Position numbers and translations under genes: made by a program. From the sequence record AP018399.1: a stretch of 64,000 nucleotides of DNA, one strand, 5' to 3'. The notes under the pieces were generated by a model that had not been told where the DNA came from, searched no databases, and worked only from the letters and a program-made list of their open reading frames with translations. Positions 63,172-64,000 of the stretch are shown one piece after another; within the stretch, counting starts at the first letter, position 1; each line of letters opens with the position of its first letter.

Positions 63172-63516
63172 TTAAGACTTGTCAACACTTTCAGACATGG
63201 CTTTCAGTGCAGCTTTCTCTACCTTGCGAACGTGCAACCATACACGCACCCACTTAGGCAGCAACACCACACCGACTACAGCACCAATTCCAAACAGAAC
63301 AGGAATGGCACCAATCGCCAACGGCCATAGGAACGCCACCACAGCAGATAGGACGATACCCGTGACGACTCCACCCCAATGGGTACGCTCACTGTTAAAC
63401 TCATGGACAAGCCAACCTGTCACCAACAAACCAACAATGAAAAGCAACCAGTTGAACCACTCATTGGCAGTCTGGAAATTCGATGCGACAGTGAACCAAG
63501 CTTCGGGTGAAAACAT
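63172..63516 (-). CDS. membrane protein
   Basis: 3 hydrophobic segments. Confidence 0.7.
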   Translation of the reverse strand: MFSPEAWFTVASNFQTANEWFNWLLFIVGLLVTGWLVHEFNSERTHWGGVVTGIVLSAVVAFLWPLAIGAIPVLFGIGAVVGVVLLPKWVRVWLHVRKVEKAALKAMSESVDKS

Positions 63517-63605
63517 GAAAAGGAATCCTCTTTTGATGCTGACAATTATAGGGCACAAAACCAACTCTGTCAAGCACGCATCCGCCAGCCAGTAGAGGGA
63601 CAGTC

Positions 63606-63649
63606 CCCCGGCCTGCCTCCCATTTTACACGAAAAATTATAGTTGTCAA
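63606..63649 (-). repeat. orphan promoter module copy 12
   Basis: minus strand TTGACA-16-TAAAATGGGAGGCAGGCCGGGG. Confidence 0.8.
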
Positions 63650-64000
63650 CCCCTTGACAGGCAAATTCAAATGGGGTAGTCTTCTCGTGCCGAAAATTGC
63701 AACCACCAGCGCTCGGCTAAGGTGTGCTGGTGAAGTAGTACACCACTGACCTATCTCAATAGATTAAGGATGTTAAGACTATGTGAAGGATACGTTAAAA
63801 TTTGGTTAACTTAACGGAAACTTAACATTTCAGGCCGATTTGTTAAAAGTTCGTTAAAGTTAAAACCTCGTTAACTGACGCTGACGAGAGCCTACCGACT
63901 GTCGGTGATAGTTGGTCCGCACATTTGAAAGCGTAAGTTGATGATTGGTCTAGACTTTTTCAGTCTGGCGAAATTTTGGTGCGTCAGTTGGCGGCACTCT

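Noticed and set aside
1-64000. Naming a specific phage or host
   Set aside because: Features fit a large proteobacterial myophage, but identity cannot be established without a database search

Overview
64 kb of a large lytic (jumbo/T4-like-type) bacteriophage genome; there are no host housekeeping genes, rRNA or CRISPR. (1) 1-20.5 kb: about 55 small, mostly hypothetical minus-strand early genes, many with their own sigma70-type promoter (TTGACN-16/18-TATAAT) and terminator. Recognisable products are an ArdB/KlcA-like antirestriction protein, a cyclic-phosphate-processing receiver domain, a PRTase, SprT, an S4-like domain and an HNH nuclease. (2) 20.6-52 kb, plus strand: accessory genes (GP88-like, OGFr-like, HD/SpoT-like hydrolase, SPFH, deaminase, SleB hydrolase) interleaved with about 30 tRNA genes covering all 20 amino acids, two tandem amber (CUA) tRNAs, a circularly permuted two-piece tmRNA, a ~750-nt ornate ncRNA candidate and about 12 non-canonical tRNA-like RNAs. 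(3) 52-63.6 kb, minus strand: M23 peptidase, RNA ligase, rIIB, rIIA, Thg1-like protein and small genes. The most striking unexplained signals are the tRNA-scaffolded ncRNA set, class-I tRNAs carrying long variable arms, a 12-copy orphan promoter module (TAAAAT-GGATGGCAGGCCGGG), and leaderless micro-ORFs whose codons match the downstream tRNAs. All RNA folds were derived by eye and no database searches were run; protein calls rest on recognised motifs. Some start codons were adjusted from the ORF track.
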